In this document: positions 40,024 through 50,476 of the stretch, piece by piece
Numbering within the stretch: position 1 is the stretch's first letter
Layout of the letters: each line of letters begins with the position of its first letter
Assembly: GCA_938008535.1 (NCBI GenBank)
Contig: CALLKF010000164.1
Span: 10,202-74,201, forward strand
Direction: 5' to 3'
DNA: 64,000 nt
From: an uncultured Saprospirales bacterium
Lineage (GTDB): Bacteria > Bacteroidota > Bacteroidia > Chitinophagales > JADIYW01
Made by a program: the position numbers and the translations under genes
Notes under the pieces: generated by a model
What the model saw: only the letters and a program-made list of their open reading frames with translations
Database searches by the model: none
Told to the model about the DNA's origin: nothing

Positions 40024-41253
40024 TTAACTTAGTTCTTCAATAGCAATTTGCAATGCATTTCTTGAAATAAATCGGTTGTTACTATCTTTTTGATGTACTT
40101 TTTCTAATGCTTTATAAATCACTTTCGATACATCTTGAAAAATAGCGTCATCTGTAATTTTTACATTTTTTCCCATTAAAAAAGCAAACACACGAGCCAT
40201 ACCGCAATTTGCAATAAAATCTGGTATCACGGCTAAATTCTCATCTGCTTTATTTAAAATTTTTCCATAAAAAATTTCAGGATCATTGAATGAAACATTG
40301 GCTCCAGAAGAAATTACTTCAACGCCAGCTTTAATCAGTTCATCTAAGTTGTTTTCATTTACAAAACGTGAACCTGCACATGGAACAAAAATATCAGCTT
40401 TCGTTTTCCAGAACTCGGTTTGTGCTTGCTCAAACGGAATTAAATTTGGATGTGTGAGTTTGTTATTTTTTCTATTTAGAAAGAGCTTTTTGACTTGTTC
40501 AAAATCCAAACCATCATCATCAATCAGAGCGCCTGTGATATCAATAATTGCTGTAATCTTCGCGCCTTGTTGTGCTAAAAAATAGGCTGCTGCAGCACCA
40601 ACATTTCCGAAACCTTGTATGGTTGCTTTTTTGCCAATTAAGTTCTCCTTTTTATACAATTGATAATAATGTTTCACCGATTCAGCAACTCCATATCCAG
40701 TAATCATATCAGCTACTAGATAACCTTCTTTTTTAGATGGCGTATAATCTTCATCTTCAATTAATTTAGAAACACCAACACGCAGTTGTCCTATTTTATT
40801 GATTTTATCTCGTTCTTTTGGATGATAATGACCATTCACAATGCCTTCTTGCGGATGCCAAATGCCATATTCTTCTGTAATAGGAATTACTTCATGGATT
40901 TCATCTACATTCATGTCACCACCGGTTCCGTAATAACTCTTTAAGATTGGAGCTACTGCTTTAAACCAGCGTTCTAATACTTCTTTTTTTCTTGGATCAT
41001 TTGGGTCGAAATTGATACCTGATTTTGCACCACCAATATCTGGTCCTGAAACAGAAAACTTAATTTCCATGGTTTTTGCGAGAGAAACAACTTCGTGTTT
41101 GGTTAAACCTTTGCGCATGCGTGTGCCACCACCAGCTGCACCACCACGCAATGAATTAATAACTAACCAACCTTGAGCATCGGTTTTAGAATCGTTCCAT
41201 TCAAAGACGATTTCTGGATTTTTTTCTTCAAATGGTTTTATAAAATCAGACAT
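40024..41253 (-). CDS. Glu/Leu/Phe/Val-family amino acid dehydrogenase
   Basis: 409-aa ORF with GGAAGGGTRMR, GGAKSGI (catalytic Lys) and GFGNVG (NAD fold). Confidence 0.85.
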   Translation of the reverse strand: MSDFIKPFEEKNPEIVFEWNDSKTDAQGWLVINSLRGGAAGGGTRMRKGLTKHEVVSLAKTMEIKFSVSGPDIGGAKSGINFDPNDPRKKEVLERWFKAVAPILKSYYGTGGDMNVDEIHEVIPITEEYGIWHPQEGIVNGHYHPKERDKINKIGQLRVGVSKLIEDEDYTPSKKEGYLVADMITGYGVAESVKHYYQLYKKENLIGKKATIQGFGNVGAAAAYFLAQQGAKITAIIDITGALIDDDGLDFEQVKKLFLNRKNNKLTHPNLIPFEQAQTEFWKTKADIFVPCAGSRFVNENNLDELIKAGVEVISSGANVSFNDPEIFYGKILNKADENLAVIPDFIANCGMARVFAFLMGKNVKITDDAIFQDVSKVIYKALEKVHQKDSNNRFISRNALQIAIEELS

Positions 41254-41307
41254 AAAGGATTGAACTTTGAGAAATTAGAATTGAGCTTTATAAAATAAAG
41301 ATACAAT

Positions 41308-41337
41308 ATTAGTTGTTATGGCAACTAATTTTTTTTG
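41308..41337 (+). terminator. Orphan terminator-like hairpin plus T8 in a divergent promoter region
   Basis: ATTAGTTG (41308-41315) pairs with CAACTAAT (41322-41329) around a 6-nt loop, followed by T8. No plus-strand gene lies upstream. The next ATG is ~90 nt downstream at 41428. Confidence 0.4.
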
Positions 41338-41427
41338 GATTATTTTTTTCAATTTAATATTTTATCGCACTACGAATATCATGAAACAAAACGTCAAAAA
41401 ACAAAATAAAAAATCGATATTTGCAAT

Positions 41428-42006
41428 ATGTTTAAATGGATATTCTTACAGTTATTTAAGTTAAAAGGTTGGAAATTGAACACCAATACTATTTACAATT
41501 ACAAGCAATCAGTTGTAATAGCAGCACCGCACACTTCCAATTGGGATGGCGTATTAATGGTTGCCGCTTTTGACATCATGAAACTGCCAATCAAATTTAC
41601 GTTAAAAAAAGAATGGTTTCGTTTTCCATTTGGAAAAATTGCCCGAGCAATGGGTGGCATTGCAATCGACAGAACACCGAAAAAAGCTGGTGAGGCAAGA
41701 CCAAGTATGACGGAAGCAATTGCCAATCTTTTTAAAGAAAATGAAATTTTGCATATTGCATTTACACCAGAAGGAACACGCTCGTTAAGAACGGAATGGA
41801 AAATGGGTTTTTATCATGCTGCAAAAATGGCAAATGTGCCTATTTTATTAGGTTATTTAGATTATAAAGATAAAATTGCTGGTATCGGAAAAGTGATTAT
41901 TCCATCCGATAATATGGAGCAGGATTTGCGAGAAATTATGGCATTTTATAAAGATATTTCTGGCTGTCATCCTGAAAAATTTAGTGTTGATTTAAGGTAC
42001 ATTTAA
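41428..42006 (+). CDS. Small lysophospholipid/1-acylglycerol-3-phosphate acyltransferase-family protein (paralog 1)
   Basis: 192-aa ORF with HX4D motif APHTSNWDG and FTPEGTRS. Confidence 0.75.
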   Translation: MFKWIFLQLFKLKGWKLNTNTIYNYKQSVVIAAPHTSNWDGVLMVAAFDIMKLPIKFTLKKEWFRFPFGKIARAMGGIAIDRTPKKAGEARPSMTEAIANLFKENEILHIAFTPEGTRSLRTEWKMGFYHAAKMANVPILLGYLDYKDKIAGIGKVIIPSDNMEQDLREIMAFYKDISGCHPEKFSVDLRYI

Positions 42007-42079
42007 GAGTAACAAGTTATAAGTAGTAAGGAAAAAAGTTAGTTATTTTACTTTTACCTTTGCGCTTTAATTATAAGAT

Positions 42080-42664
42080 ATGCTTAAAATAATTTCTCGA
42101 TTAATTTTATTGGTTAAAGGTTGGACGTATAATGTAGATGCGCTAAAAACTTTAGATAAATGTGTGTTGATTGTTGCACCACACACTTCGGCTTGGGACA
42201 TGGCAATAGGTAAAGCCATATTTGTATTGGCAAAAGTTCCTGCAAAAATTGCCATAAAGAAAGAAGCATTTTTTTGGCCTTTGAATTGGGTTTTGCGCTA
42301 CTTAGGCGGATTTCCGATTGACAGAACACCTAAAGACGGCACCAAACAGCGATTAAGTTTAACAGATGCTTTGGTATATTCTGTAAAAAAAGAGAAAAAA
42401 ATATGTTTAGTAATTACACCTGAAGGTTCGCGTGGAAAACGCAAGCAATGGAAAACAGGTTTTTATCATATAGCAGTAAAAGCGCAAGTACCGATTGCTT
42501 TAGGTTATTTGGATTTTGACGTGAAAGAAGGAATCGTTGACAAAATTTTTTACCCAACTGGTGATATGGATAAAGATATGCGTGAAATAATGGATTATTA
42601 CAAAGATAAAACGCATTTAGGAAAATATCCGAACCGTTGTGTAACAGATGAGCGTTGGTCTTGA
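42080..42664 (+). CDS. Small acyltransferase-family protein (paralog 2)
   Basis: 194-aa ORF with APHTSAWDM and ITPEGSRG. It is collinear with the upstream paralog along its whole length. Confidence 0.75.
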   Translation: MLKIISRLILLVKGWTYNVDALKTLDKCVLIVAPHTSAWDMAIGKAIFVLAKVPAKIAIKKEAFFWPLNWVLRYLGGFPIDRTPKDGTKQRLSLTDALVYSVKKEKKICLVITPEGSRGKRKQWKTGFYHIAVKAQVPIALGYLDFDVKEGIVDKIFYPTGDMDKDMREIMDYYKDKTHLGKYPNRCVTDERWS

Positions 42665-42666
42665 GT

Positions 42667-43263
42667 TTAAAACAATGTCACTATTTCTGGTTTCAATAAT
42701 TGGAAAGTATGTCGATGATATATACAACTACCAAATTCTTTTACAGCATTTCTGTGTGCAATAGTTGGATAACCTTTGTTTTTTTGCCAATTATAATCTG
42801 GAAATTCGTCATGCATTTTTTCCATGAGTTCATCACGATAAGTTTTTGCTAAAATAGAAGCTGACGCAATTTCTATATAAGTAGAATCACCTTTTATAAT
42901 AGTTTGATGTGCTATATTTTTATAAGGTTTAAAACGATTTCCATCTATCAATAATAATGTAGGTTGCTTTTTTAATTGATCTATAGCTTGATGCATCGCT
43001 AAATACGTTGCTTGTAAAATATTGACTTCATCAATTTTATGATTATCGATAATTCCAACACCAAAAGCAATGGCGTTTTCTTCAATAATGGGTCGTAATT
43101 CATTGCGTTGTTTTTCGGTTAATTGCTTGGAATCGTTTAAAAAATCGTGTTTAAATTTTTTAGGTAAGATAACTGCGGCTGCTACCACAGGACCAGCAAT
43201 GCAACCGCGACCAGCTTCATCTACGCCACAAATAATTTTAGTTGATGGAAAATGTTGTAACAC
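42667..43263 (-). CDS. rnhB: Ribonuclease HII
   Basis: 198-aa ORF with GVDEAGRGCIAGPVVAAAV and DSKQLT motifs. Confidence 0.9.
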   Translation of the reverse strand: MLQHFPSTKIICGVDEAGRGCIAGPVVAAAVILPKKFKHDFLNDSKQLTEKQRNELRPIIEENAIAFGVGIIDNHKIDEVNILQATYLAMHQAIDQLKKQPTLLLIDGNRFKPYKNIAHQTIIKGDSTYIEIASASILAKTYRDELMEKMHDEFPDYNWQKNKGYPTIAHRNAVKEFGSCIYHRHTFQLLKPEIVTLF

Positions 43264-43360
43264 TTCTTTGAATTTTCACTACGCAAGTTAAATAGTTTAT
43301 GAGAATTTTAATCAAAAAATCTTTCTATCTTGATTCGATAAATCATTCATTAATAAAAAT

Positions 43361-43813
43361 ATGCGCATCATACTTCAACGAGTTACAAGCTGCTCTGTAA
43401 CTATCGATCAAAAACTAAAAAGCCAAATCGGAAACGGCTTATTAGTTCTTTTAGGAATAGAAGAAAACGATACTGAAACGGACATCGAATGGTTAGTAAA
43501 AAAAATTGTTCAGATGCGTATTTTTTCAGATGAAGTCGGTAAAATGAATTTGTCTGTTAAAGATATAGATGGTGATATTTTAATAGTTTCACAATTTACT
43601 TTGTTCGCTTCTACTAAAAAAGGAAATCGACCTAGTTTTACGCGCTCTGCAAAACCAGAAATAGCGATTCCTCTCTATGAAAAATTTATTATCGAAACAG
43701 AAAAAAAATTCGGTAAAAAAATACAAACTGGAACATTTGGAGCCGATATGAAAGTGCAAATTTTAAATGACGGACCTGTTACCATCATAATCGACAGCAA
43801 ACAAGCCGAATAG
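43361..43813 (+). CDS. dtd: D-aminoacyl-tRNA deacylase
   Basis: 150-aa ORF reading MRIILQRV...SQFTL...KGNRPSF...NDGPVT. Confidence 0.9.
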   Translation: MRIILQRVTSCSVTIDQKLKSQIGNGLLVLLGIEENDTETDIEWLVKKIVQMRIFSDEVGKMNLSVKDIDGDILIVSQFTLFASTKKGNRPSFTRSAKPEIAIPLYEKFIIETEKKFGKKIQTGTFGADMKVQILNDGPVTIIIDSKQAE

Positions 43814-44112
43814 TCAAATTGTATTTTTTTTCATTCCGACAAGCACAATTTTCATTTTTTTTTCACGTTCTGTACACATCCTTGTTGAAATTTTGTTTTT
43901 GTGTTGGTATTGATGTTAATCAATTAAAAATCAACGCATAATTGATTATTCACATATCCAATAAACAGCGTGTGGAAAAGTTAAAATAGGGTTTTTAAAA
44001 TGATTGAAGTAGCTTTAAAGAGTCGAAAGGCATAAAAACACAAAAAACACCTTTTATATAAAAAATATTAAATCGTTTTAAACTTTTTAATTAAAAAAGA
44101 AAAAACACTAGC

Positions 44113-45087
44113 ATGGAAATGACAAATGTGACAGAAAAGATTTTACAACAAGCAGACAATAGATTTGTGCTATTTCCTATTAAATATGATGCAATTTGGG
44201 CAATGTATAAAAAACACTTGGCTGCACATTGGGTAACCGAAGAAGTGGATTTGAGCCAAGATCAAATTGACTGGGACAAGTTAACCGATAACGAACGATT
44301 TTTTGTAAAAAACGTGTTGGCATTTTTCGCTGCTAGTGATGGTATTGTAAATGAAAATTTAGTAGTAAATTTTATGCAAGACGTTACCATTCCAGAAGTG
44401 CGTTGTTTCTATGGATTTCAGGTAGCTATCGAAAATATTCATTCAGAAATGTATTCATTGTTGATTGATACCTTTATTAAAGACAATGACGAGAAAGATA
44501 AAATGTTCAATGCAATCGACACCTTAGATTGTGTGAAGAAAAAAGCAACCTGGGCTTTAAAATGGATTGATACAGCACCATCGTTTGCACACCGATTAGT
44601 GGCTTTTGCAGCAGTTGAAGGCATTTTCTTCAGTGGTAGCTTTTGCTCAATCTATTGGTTAACGGATAGAGGCATGATGAAAGGTTTAGGCAAATCAAAC
44701 GAATTCATCAGCCGAGACGAAGGTATGCACTGTGATTTCGCTTGTCTTCTTTATTCTATGCTTGAAAATAAATTGAGCAAAGAAGAAGTATATCAAATTA
44801 TTTGTGATGCTGTTGAGTGCGAAAAAATATTTGTAAAAGAATCATTACCTGTTTCATTAATTGGAATGAATGCAGATTTAATGTGTAACTATATAGAATT
44901 TGTTGCCGACAGATTATTACTTTCATTAGGTTATCCTAAAGTGTACAACGCTACCAATCCGTTTCCGTTTATGGACAAAATTTCCCAACAAGGCAAAACA
45001 AATTTCTTTGAAGAAAGACCAACCGAATACGTAAAAGCTGGTGTAGAATCTGGTGAAAAAGTATTCTCTCTTTCTGAAGACTTTTAA
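44113..45087 (+). CDS. nrdB: Class Ia ribonucleotide reductase beta subunit
   Basis: 324-aa ORF. It has the di-iron/tyrosyl context [23 protein letters not shown] and [10 protein letters not shown]. Confidence 0.9.
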   Translation: MEMTNVTEKILQQADNRFVLFPIKYDAIWAMYKKHLAAHWVTEEVDLSQDQIDWDKLTDNERFFVKNVLAFFAASDGIVNENLVVNFMQDVTIPEVRCFYGFQVAIENIHSEMYSLLIDTFIKDNDEKDKMFNAIDTLDCVKKKATWALKWIDTAPSFAHRLVAFAAVEGIFFSGSFCSIYWLTDRGMMKGLGKSNEFISRDEGMHCDFACLLYSMLENKLSKEEVYQIICDAVECEKIFVKESLPVSLIGMNADLMCNYIEFVADRLLLSLGYPKVYNATNPFPFMDKISQQGKTNFFEERPTEYVKAGVESGEKVFSLSEDF

Positions 45088-45173
45088 GTAAAATATACCA
45101 TGATTTTCAAGTGACTTTAATCACTTGAATCAAAGAAGTTTCTTTTTTTGAAAAAATATAAAACAATTAAACT

Positions 45174-47687
45174 ATGTACGTTTTAAAACGCGATGGTCGC
45201 AAAGAACCTGTCCATTTTGACAAAATCACTGCACGCATCAACAAGCTTTCTTTCGCTTTAAATTCTACGTTTGTGCAACCACATCGCGTGGCACAAAGCG
45301 TTATTCAAGGTTTGTATGATGGCGTAACGACAACTGAATTAGATGAGTTGGCTGCACGTACTAGTGCCAACATGACCGTTGTGCATCCAGATTATGCAGT
45401 TTTGGCTGCTCGCATCGCGGTATCTAACTTGCATAAAAACACCAAGAAAAATTTCTCTCGAATCATCGAAGAATTATATCATTTCATCGATCCGAAAACA
45501 GATAAAAATGCTTCTTTAATTGCTGAAGATGTGTTTGAAATCATCATGGCAAACAGAGACCGTTTAGATTCTGCTATTGTACATCACCGAGATTATAATT
45601 ATGATTATTTTGGTTTTAAAACATTAGAACGTTCTTATCTTTTAAAATTAAACGGAAAAGTAGTTGAGCGACCTCAACATATGCTGATGCGCGTAGCAGT
45701 TGGTATTCATAAAAATGATATTGACGCAGCTATTGAGACATACGATTTGATGTCTGAAAAATGGTTCACGCATGCAACGCCAACATTATTTAATGCAGGC
45801 ACACCAAAACCGCAATTGTCATCTTGCTTTTTATTAACGATGAAAGATGATAGTATCAGTGGTATTTATGAAACATTGACGCAATGCGCAAAAATTTCGC
45901 AATCAGCTGGTGGAATTGGTTTAAGCACACACAACATCAGAGCAAAAGGTAGTTATATAAAAGGTACTAACGGCGAAAGCAACGGCTTGGTACCGATGTT
46001 GCAAGTATTCAACTCAACCGCAAGATACGTAGATCAAGGTGGTGGCAAACGCAAAGGTGCATTTGCTATTTATTTAGAACCATGGCACGCTGACGTATTT
46101 GAATTTTTAGAATTACGCAGACCGCACGGAAAAGAAGAAATGAAAGCGCGTGATTTATTTTTCGCACTTTGGATTCCAGATTTATTCATGAAACGTGTTC
46201 GTGAAAACGGTATGTGGTCATTGATGTGTCCTAGCGAATGTCCAGGTTTATGTGATACGTACGGTGATGAATTCGAAGCATTATATTTAAAATATGAGGC
46301 AGAAGGAAAAGCACGCAGACAAGTAAAAGCACAAGAATTGTGGTTCCATGTATTGGATAGCCAAATTGAAACAGGAACACCATATATGTTGTACAAAGAT
46401 CATGTCAACAGAAAATCAAATCAGAAAAATTTAGGCGTTATTCGTTCATCGAATTTATGTACTGAAATTATGGAATATACTTCACCAGATGAAGTTGCGG
46501 TATGTAATTTGGCATCAATCAATTTGAGTAGATTTATCGACGTTGAAAATAAAACATTCGATTTCCAAAAACTATATGATATCACGTACATCGTTACCAA
46601 AAATTTAAATAAAGTAATTGATGTCAACTACTATCCAGTAGAAGAAGCACGTAGAAGCAATATGCGTCATCGTCCGGTTGGACTAGGTGTACAAGGTTTA
46701 GCTGATGCATTTTTGATGTTGCGTCATCCGTTTGAAAGCGAAGAAGCACGCATCTTAAACAAAAATATTTTTGAAACAATTTATTTCGCTGCATTAAGTG
46801 CTTCTAAAGATTTAGCAAAAGTAGACGGTGCATACGAAACCTTCAAAGGATCACCGATCAGCAACGGCGTTTTCCAATTTGATATGTGGAACGTTACACC
46901 AACTGACCGATGGAACTGGAATGCATTACGTGAAGAAATCATGGAACACGGTGTGCGTAATAGTTTATTAGTTGCACCAATGCCTACTGCTTCCACTTCT
47001 CAAATTTTAGGAAATAATGAATGCTTCGAGCCATATACATCTAACATTTATACACGTCGTGTGTTGAGTGGTCAATTTATGGTGGTGAACAAACATCTTT
47101 TAAAAGATTTGATTGAATTAGGTTTATGGAGCGATGAAATGAAAAACGCGATTGTTGCCAACAATGGTTCTATTCAAGCAATCGAAGGTATTCCGTATGA
47201 TGTAAAAGAATTATACAAAACAGCTTGGGAAATCAAACAAAAATCGATTATTGAGATGGCAGCAGATCGTGGCGCATTTATCGATCAAAGCCAAAGTTTG
47301 AATATTTTCATGGAAAGTCCTAATTATCAAAAATTAAATTCGGCTCACTTCTACGCTTGGGACAAAGGTTTGAAAACGGGTATGTATTACTTGCGTTCTC
47401 GTCCATCTGTTGATCCAATTAAATTTACAGTTGATGTAGAAAAAGCTAAACAAACCAATGCAACTGCAAAAGTAAGCACGATTGATATTGATAAGATTGC
47501 TGCACCTATTTATGAAGGCGTTGCAACTGCACAACAAGAAATTTTTGCAGTGGCAGAACCACAGATTGCAGAAAAATCTGTTGAAGAACGCGCTGCAGAA
47601 TTTGGTATGACGGTAGAAGAGTTTTTAGCAGCATCAAAAGTTTGCTCTACAGAAAATCCTGGTGAATGCGAAATGTGCGGTTCGTAA
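45174..47687 (+). CDS. nrdA: Class Ia ribonucleotide reductase alpha subunit
   Basis: 837-aa ORF with an N-terminal ATP-cone ([16 protein letters not shown]). The active-site contexts are SSCFL and SNLCTEI. The tail ends in the Cys pair CEMCGS. Confidence 0.95.
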   Translation: MYVLKRDGRKEPVHFDKITARINKLSFALNSTFVQPHRVAQSVIQGLYDGVTTTELDELAARTSANMTVVHPDYAVLAARIAVSNLHKNTKKNFSRIIEELYHFIDPKTDKNASLIAEDVFEIIMANRDRLDSAIVHHRDYNYDYFGFKTLERSYLLKLNGKVVERPQHMLMRVAVGIHKNDIDAAIETYDLMSEKWFTHATPTLFNAGTPKPQLSSCFLLTMKDDSISGIYETLTQCAKISQSAGGIGLSTHNIRAKGSYIKGTNGESNGLVPMLQVFNSTARYVDQGGGKRKGAFAIYLEPWHADVFEFLELRRPHGKEEMKARDLFFALWIPDLFMKRVRENGMWSLMCPSECPGLCDTYGDEFEALYLKYEAEGKARRQVKAQELWFHVLDSQIETGTPYMLYKDHVNRKSNQKNLGVIRSSNLCTEIMEYTSPDEVAVCNLASINLSRFIDVENKTFDFQKLYDITYIVTKNLNKVIDVNYYPVEEARRSNMRHRPVGLGVQGLADAFLMLRHPFESEEARILNKNIFETIYFAALSASKDLAKVDGAYETFKGSPISNGVFQFDMWNVTPTDRWNWNALREEIMEHGVRNSLLVAPMPTASTSQILGNNECFEPYTSNIYTRRVLSGQFMVVNKHLLKDLIELGLWSDEMKNAIVANNGSIQAIEGIPYDVKELYKTAWEIKQKSIIEMAADRGAFIDQSQSLNIFMESPNYQKLNSAHFYAWDKGLKTGMYYLRSRPSVDPIKFTVDVEKAKQTNATAKVSTIDIDKIAAPIYEGVATAQQEIFAVAEPQIAEKSVEERAAEFGMTVEEFLAASKVCSTENPGECEMCGS

Positions 47688-47715
47688 TTAAAAATTAACT
47701 AGCTATTTTTTATAT

Positions 47716-47747
47716 AGTTCCGAACTTTTAGTTCGGAATTTTTTTAT
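47716..47747 (+). terminator. Rho-independent terminator after nrdA
   Basis: TTCCGAAC (47718-47725) pairs with GTTCGGAA (47731-47738) around a 5-nt loop. A T-run follows. Confidence 0.75.
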
Positions 47748-47790
47748 TTATGAAATAGTTGCTATATTTACTCTATAATTCTAGTAGAGT

Positions 47791-48348
47791 ATGCAATTCT
47801 TACAACAACCTTTTGCTTGGTATATCGCAGGTCCATTAATAGCAATGAATCTATTTTTATTGCTTTATTTTGGACAACGATTTGGCTTGTCCACATCCAT
47901 GAAAACAACATGTGCTGCGCTTGGTGCAGGAAAAAACGTTCCGTTTTTCAAGTATGATTGGAAGAAAGAATCCTGGTTATTAGTTTATGTTTTAGGTTCT
48001 GTTATTGGTGGTTTTATTGCGTTTCATTTTTTAAATGCAGGCGCGCCAGTAATCGTTTCAGAAAAAACTACTGTAGCATTACAACATTTGAATATCGTAG
48101 CGAACCAATCGTTTGAACCAGCGGAAATTTTTTCAATACAAAATTTATTTACCTTGAAAGGAATTTTCATTTTAATACTTGGTGGATTTTTAATTGGTTT
48201 CGGTACACGTTGGGCAAATGGTTGCACGTCTGGGCACGCCATTTCTGGTTTAAGCGATTTCCAATTGCCATCATTAGTTGCAGTCATTGGCTTTTTTATT
48301 GGTGGTTTGGTGATGACACATCTTTTAATTCCAATTTTATTCAGATAA
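47791..48348 (+). CDS. YeeE/YedE-family sulfur-compound transporter component (half-size)
   Basis: 185-aa membrane ORF with the conserved NGCTSGHAISG motif. Confidence 0.75.
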   Translation: MQFLQQPFAWYIAGPLIAMNLFLLLYFGQRFGLSTSMKTTCAALGAGKNVPFFKYDWKKESWLLVYVLGSVIGGFIAFHFLNAGAPVIVSEKTTVALQHLNIVANQSFEPAEIFSIQNLFTLKGIFILILGGFLIGFGTRWANGCTSGHAISGLSDFQLPSLVAVIGFFIGGLVMTHLLIPILFR

Positions 48349-48401
48349 AAAAACCAATTGAATTCAAAAAATCATTTCAATCAATTTAATCATACAAATC
48401 A

Positions 48402-48818
48402 ATGCTAAAAAATATAAAATTCTTACTACTAGGTGTTTTCTTTGGAATTGTAATGGCAAAAGCACAAGTCATTTCGTGGTTTCGCATTTATGAAATGTTT
48501 CGCTTCGAAGCATTTCACATGTACGGCATCATTGGAAGCGCAGTTGTGCTTGGTGTTATCATTGTTCAATTTATAAAACGAAGCAATTTAAAATCGATTG
48601 ATGGTACTATAATCACTATCGAATCGAAACCAAAAACGTATAAAGCAAGCATATTTGGAGGCATTTTATTTGGATTGGGTTGGGCCTTGGTTGGTGCTTG
48701 TCCAGGACCAATTTACGTTTTAATTGGTGCTGGTTTTTATGGTTTTATAATTGTGTTGCTAAGTGCGCTTTTCGGTACGTTTTGCTATGGTTTGGTGAAA
48801 GAAAAATTGCCACATTAG
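48402..48818 (+). CDS. YeeE/YedE-like membrane protein (second half-size component)
   Basis: 138-aa membrane ORF with a GACPGP motif. It is adjacent to the first half. Confidence 0.65.
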   Translation: MLKNIKFLLLGVFFGIVMAKAQVISWFRIYEMFRFEAFHMYGIIGSAVVLGVIIVQFIKRSNLKSIDGTIITIESKPKTYKASIFGGILFGLGWALVGACPGPIYVLIGAGFYGFIIVLLSALFGTFCYGLVKEKLPH

Positions 48819-48886
48819 TTTAGGAACTTTTCTTTTTAAAGAATTGTTCAATATATTTTCTAATTTCGTTTTCTAAAATTAAAATC

Positions 48887-49195
48887 ATGTATCAGGATTT
48901 AACACCAAAAGAATTTTTACAAGCATTTGAATCTACCGAAAATAAAATATTAGTAGATGTGCGTACGCCTTTAGAAATTGAAGACGCGAGCATCGATGGA
49001 CATATCGCTATCAATTTTCAATCAGCAGATTTTCCTGCAAAAATCTTAGAACTAGATAAAGACAAAACTCTTTTTATTTATTGCAGAAGCGGCAATCGCA
49101 GCGGACAAGCATGTAAATTCTTAGCATCAAAAGGTTACGATAAATTGGTAAACCTAAAAGGTGGTATGCTAGCATGGGCCGAAACGGATTTTTAG
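48887..49195 (+). CDS. Single-domain rhodanese sulfurtransferase
   Basis: 102-aa ORF with the active-site loop CRSGNRS. Confidence 0.85.
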   Translation: MYQDLTPKEFLQAFESTENKILVDVRTPLEIEDASIDGHIAINFQSADFPAKILELDKDKTLFIYCRSGNRSGQACKFLASKGYDKLVNLKGGMLAWAETDF

Positions 49196-49216
49196 TAACC
49201 GCTCAATATATTTTGA

Positions 49217-49678
49217 ATGCTTAGTTATGAAAAAGCAACCGCAAATGATGGCGAACAACTAACACAAATTGCGTATAGTTCTAAACGTTATTGGAACTAT
49301 TCAAATGCGCAAATGTTGCTTTGGAAAGATGATTTGACCATCGATTCCAATTATATTTTAGGTAACCTTGTTTACAAAGTTTTTAATCAAAAAACATGCA
49401 TTGGATTTTATGCGTTGAAATTTGATGATAATGAAAACTGTTATGAGATTGATCATCTTTGGTTGATGCCTGAAAATATAAACAAAGGATTTGGTGCAAT
49501 TATTTTTAAAAATATTATTGCGCAACTTTCAGAACTTAAACAAAAAAGGTGCACGCTAATTGCGGAACCTAACGCTATTGGATTTTATAAAAAGATGAAT
49601 GGCAAAATAATAAGAAGTTTTGAAAGTAAAATTCCGGGAAGAATGCTGGATGTGTATGAGTTTAAAACAAATCAATAA
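49217..49678 (+). CDS. GNAT-family N-acetyltransferase
   Basis: 153-aa ORF with the acetyl-CoA-binding segment NINKGFGAIIFKNI. Confidence 0.65.
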   Translation: MLSYEKATANDGEQLTQIAYSSKRYWNYSNAQMLLWKDDLTIDSNYILGNLVYKVFNQKTCIGFYALKFDDNENCYEIDHLWLMPENINKGFGAIIFKNIIAQLSELKQKRCTLIAEPNAIGFYKKMNGKIIRSFESKIPGRMLDVYEFKTNQ

Positions 49679-50265
49679 TGAACGTTCTCTTTTTTAATTC
49701 ACAGCAAGAATTACGCAAGTGGTTTCAGAAAAATCATTTAATAGAACAAGAAGCATGGATAGGTTTTTATAATAAAAAATCAACCAAACAGTCAATTACT
49801 TGGACACAATTAGTAGATGAAGAATTATGTTTTGGTTGGATAGATGGTATTCGCAAAAAAATAGATGACGAAAGTTACTGCAATCGAATTACACCACGAA
49901 GAAAACGAAGCAACTGGAGCGATGTAAACATTAAACGAATTGAAGCTTTAATAGCATTGGATTTGGTGACGGAACAAGGCAAACATGTTTTTCACACGCG
50001 CGATTTAACCAAACAAAAATCTGCTTCTTTTGAGCAAGAGAAAATAGAATTTTCACAAGAACATATAAAGCAATTTAAAACCCAAAAAACCGCTTGGAAA
50101 TTTTTTGAAATGCAAACCAATACTTATAAAAGGCAAGCCACTTGGCATGTAATTAGTGCAAAACAAGAAATAACACAGCAAAAACGATTGGAAATATTGA
50201 TAAACGACAGTGAAACAGGCGTTCATATCAAACATTTGCGCAGAAACAAGCCAGAAAAGAATTAG
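49678..50265 (+). CDS. YdeI/OmpD-associated family protein
   Basis: 195-aa ORF containing ELCFGWIDGIRKKIDDESYCNRITPRRKRSNWS, typical of the family. Confidence 0.65.
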   Translation: MNVLFFNSQQELRKWFQKNHLIEQEAWIGFYNKKSTKQSITWTQLVDEELCFGWIDGIRKKIDDESYCNRITPRRKRSNWSDVNIKRIEALIALDLVTEQGKHVFHTRDLTKQKSASFEQEKIEFSQEHIKQFKTQKTAWKFFEMQTNTYKRQATWHVISAKQEITQQKRLEILINDSETGVHIKHLRRNKPEKN

Positions 50266-50373
50266 AAAATTTTCATTTATCAGCTAATTTATAAGCTCAA
50301 AATTATCAATTATTCAACAAATATTAAAATTTATTGAATAATCTGTAATTTTTAATCAATTTTATTGAATTAT

Positions 50374-50404
50374 TTGCACATAAAGACGTGTTTTATTATC
50401 TTTG
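50374..50404 (+). promoter_or_regulatory. Bacteroidota-type promoter driving the tRNA-like RNA
   Basis: TTG (50374-50376), a 20-nt spacer, then TATCTTTG (50397-50404). The -7 octamer is identical to the one upstream of tRNA-Lys. Confidence 0.6.
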
Positions 50405-50476
50405 TTGTATCAAAGTAAGTTCTTTTAATAAGTAGTAAAATTCTTACGACTTATTATTCACGACTTACGACTATAT

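Noticed and set aside
43814-44112. Possible cobalamin riboswitch, NrdR boxes or DnaA box in the 300-nt nrdB leader
   Set aside because: The region is too AT-rich and lacks a B12-box-like G+C core. I found no 16-nt NrdR-type palindrome pair. There is one TGTGGAAAA (9-mer, one mismatch to the DnaA-box complement) and an ATCAATT/AATTGAT inverted repeat, but single occurrences in AT-rich DNA are not evidence.
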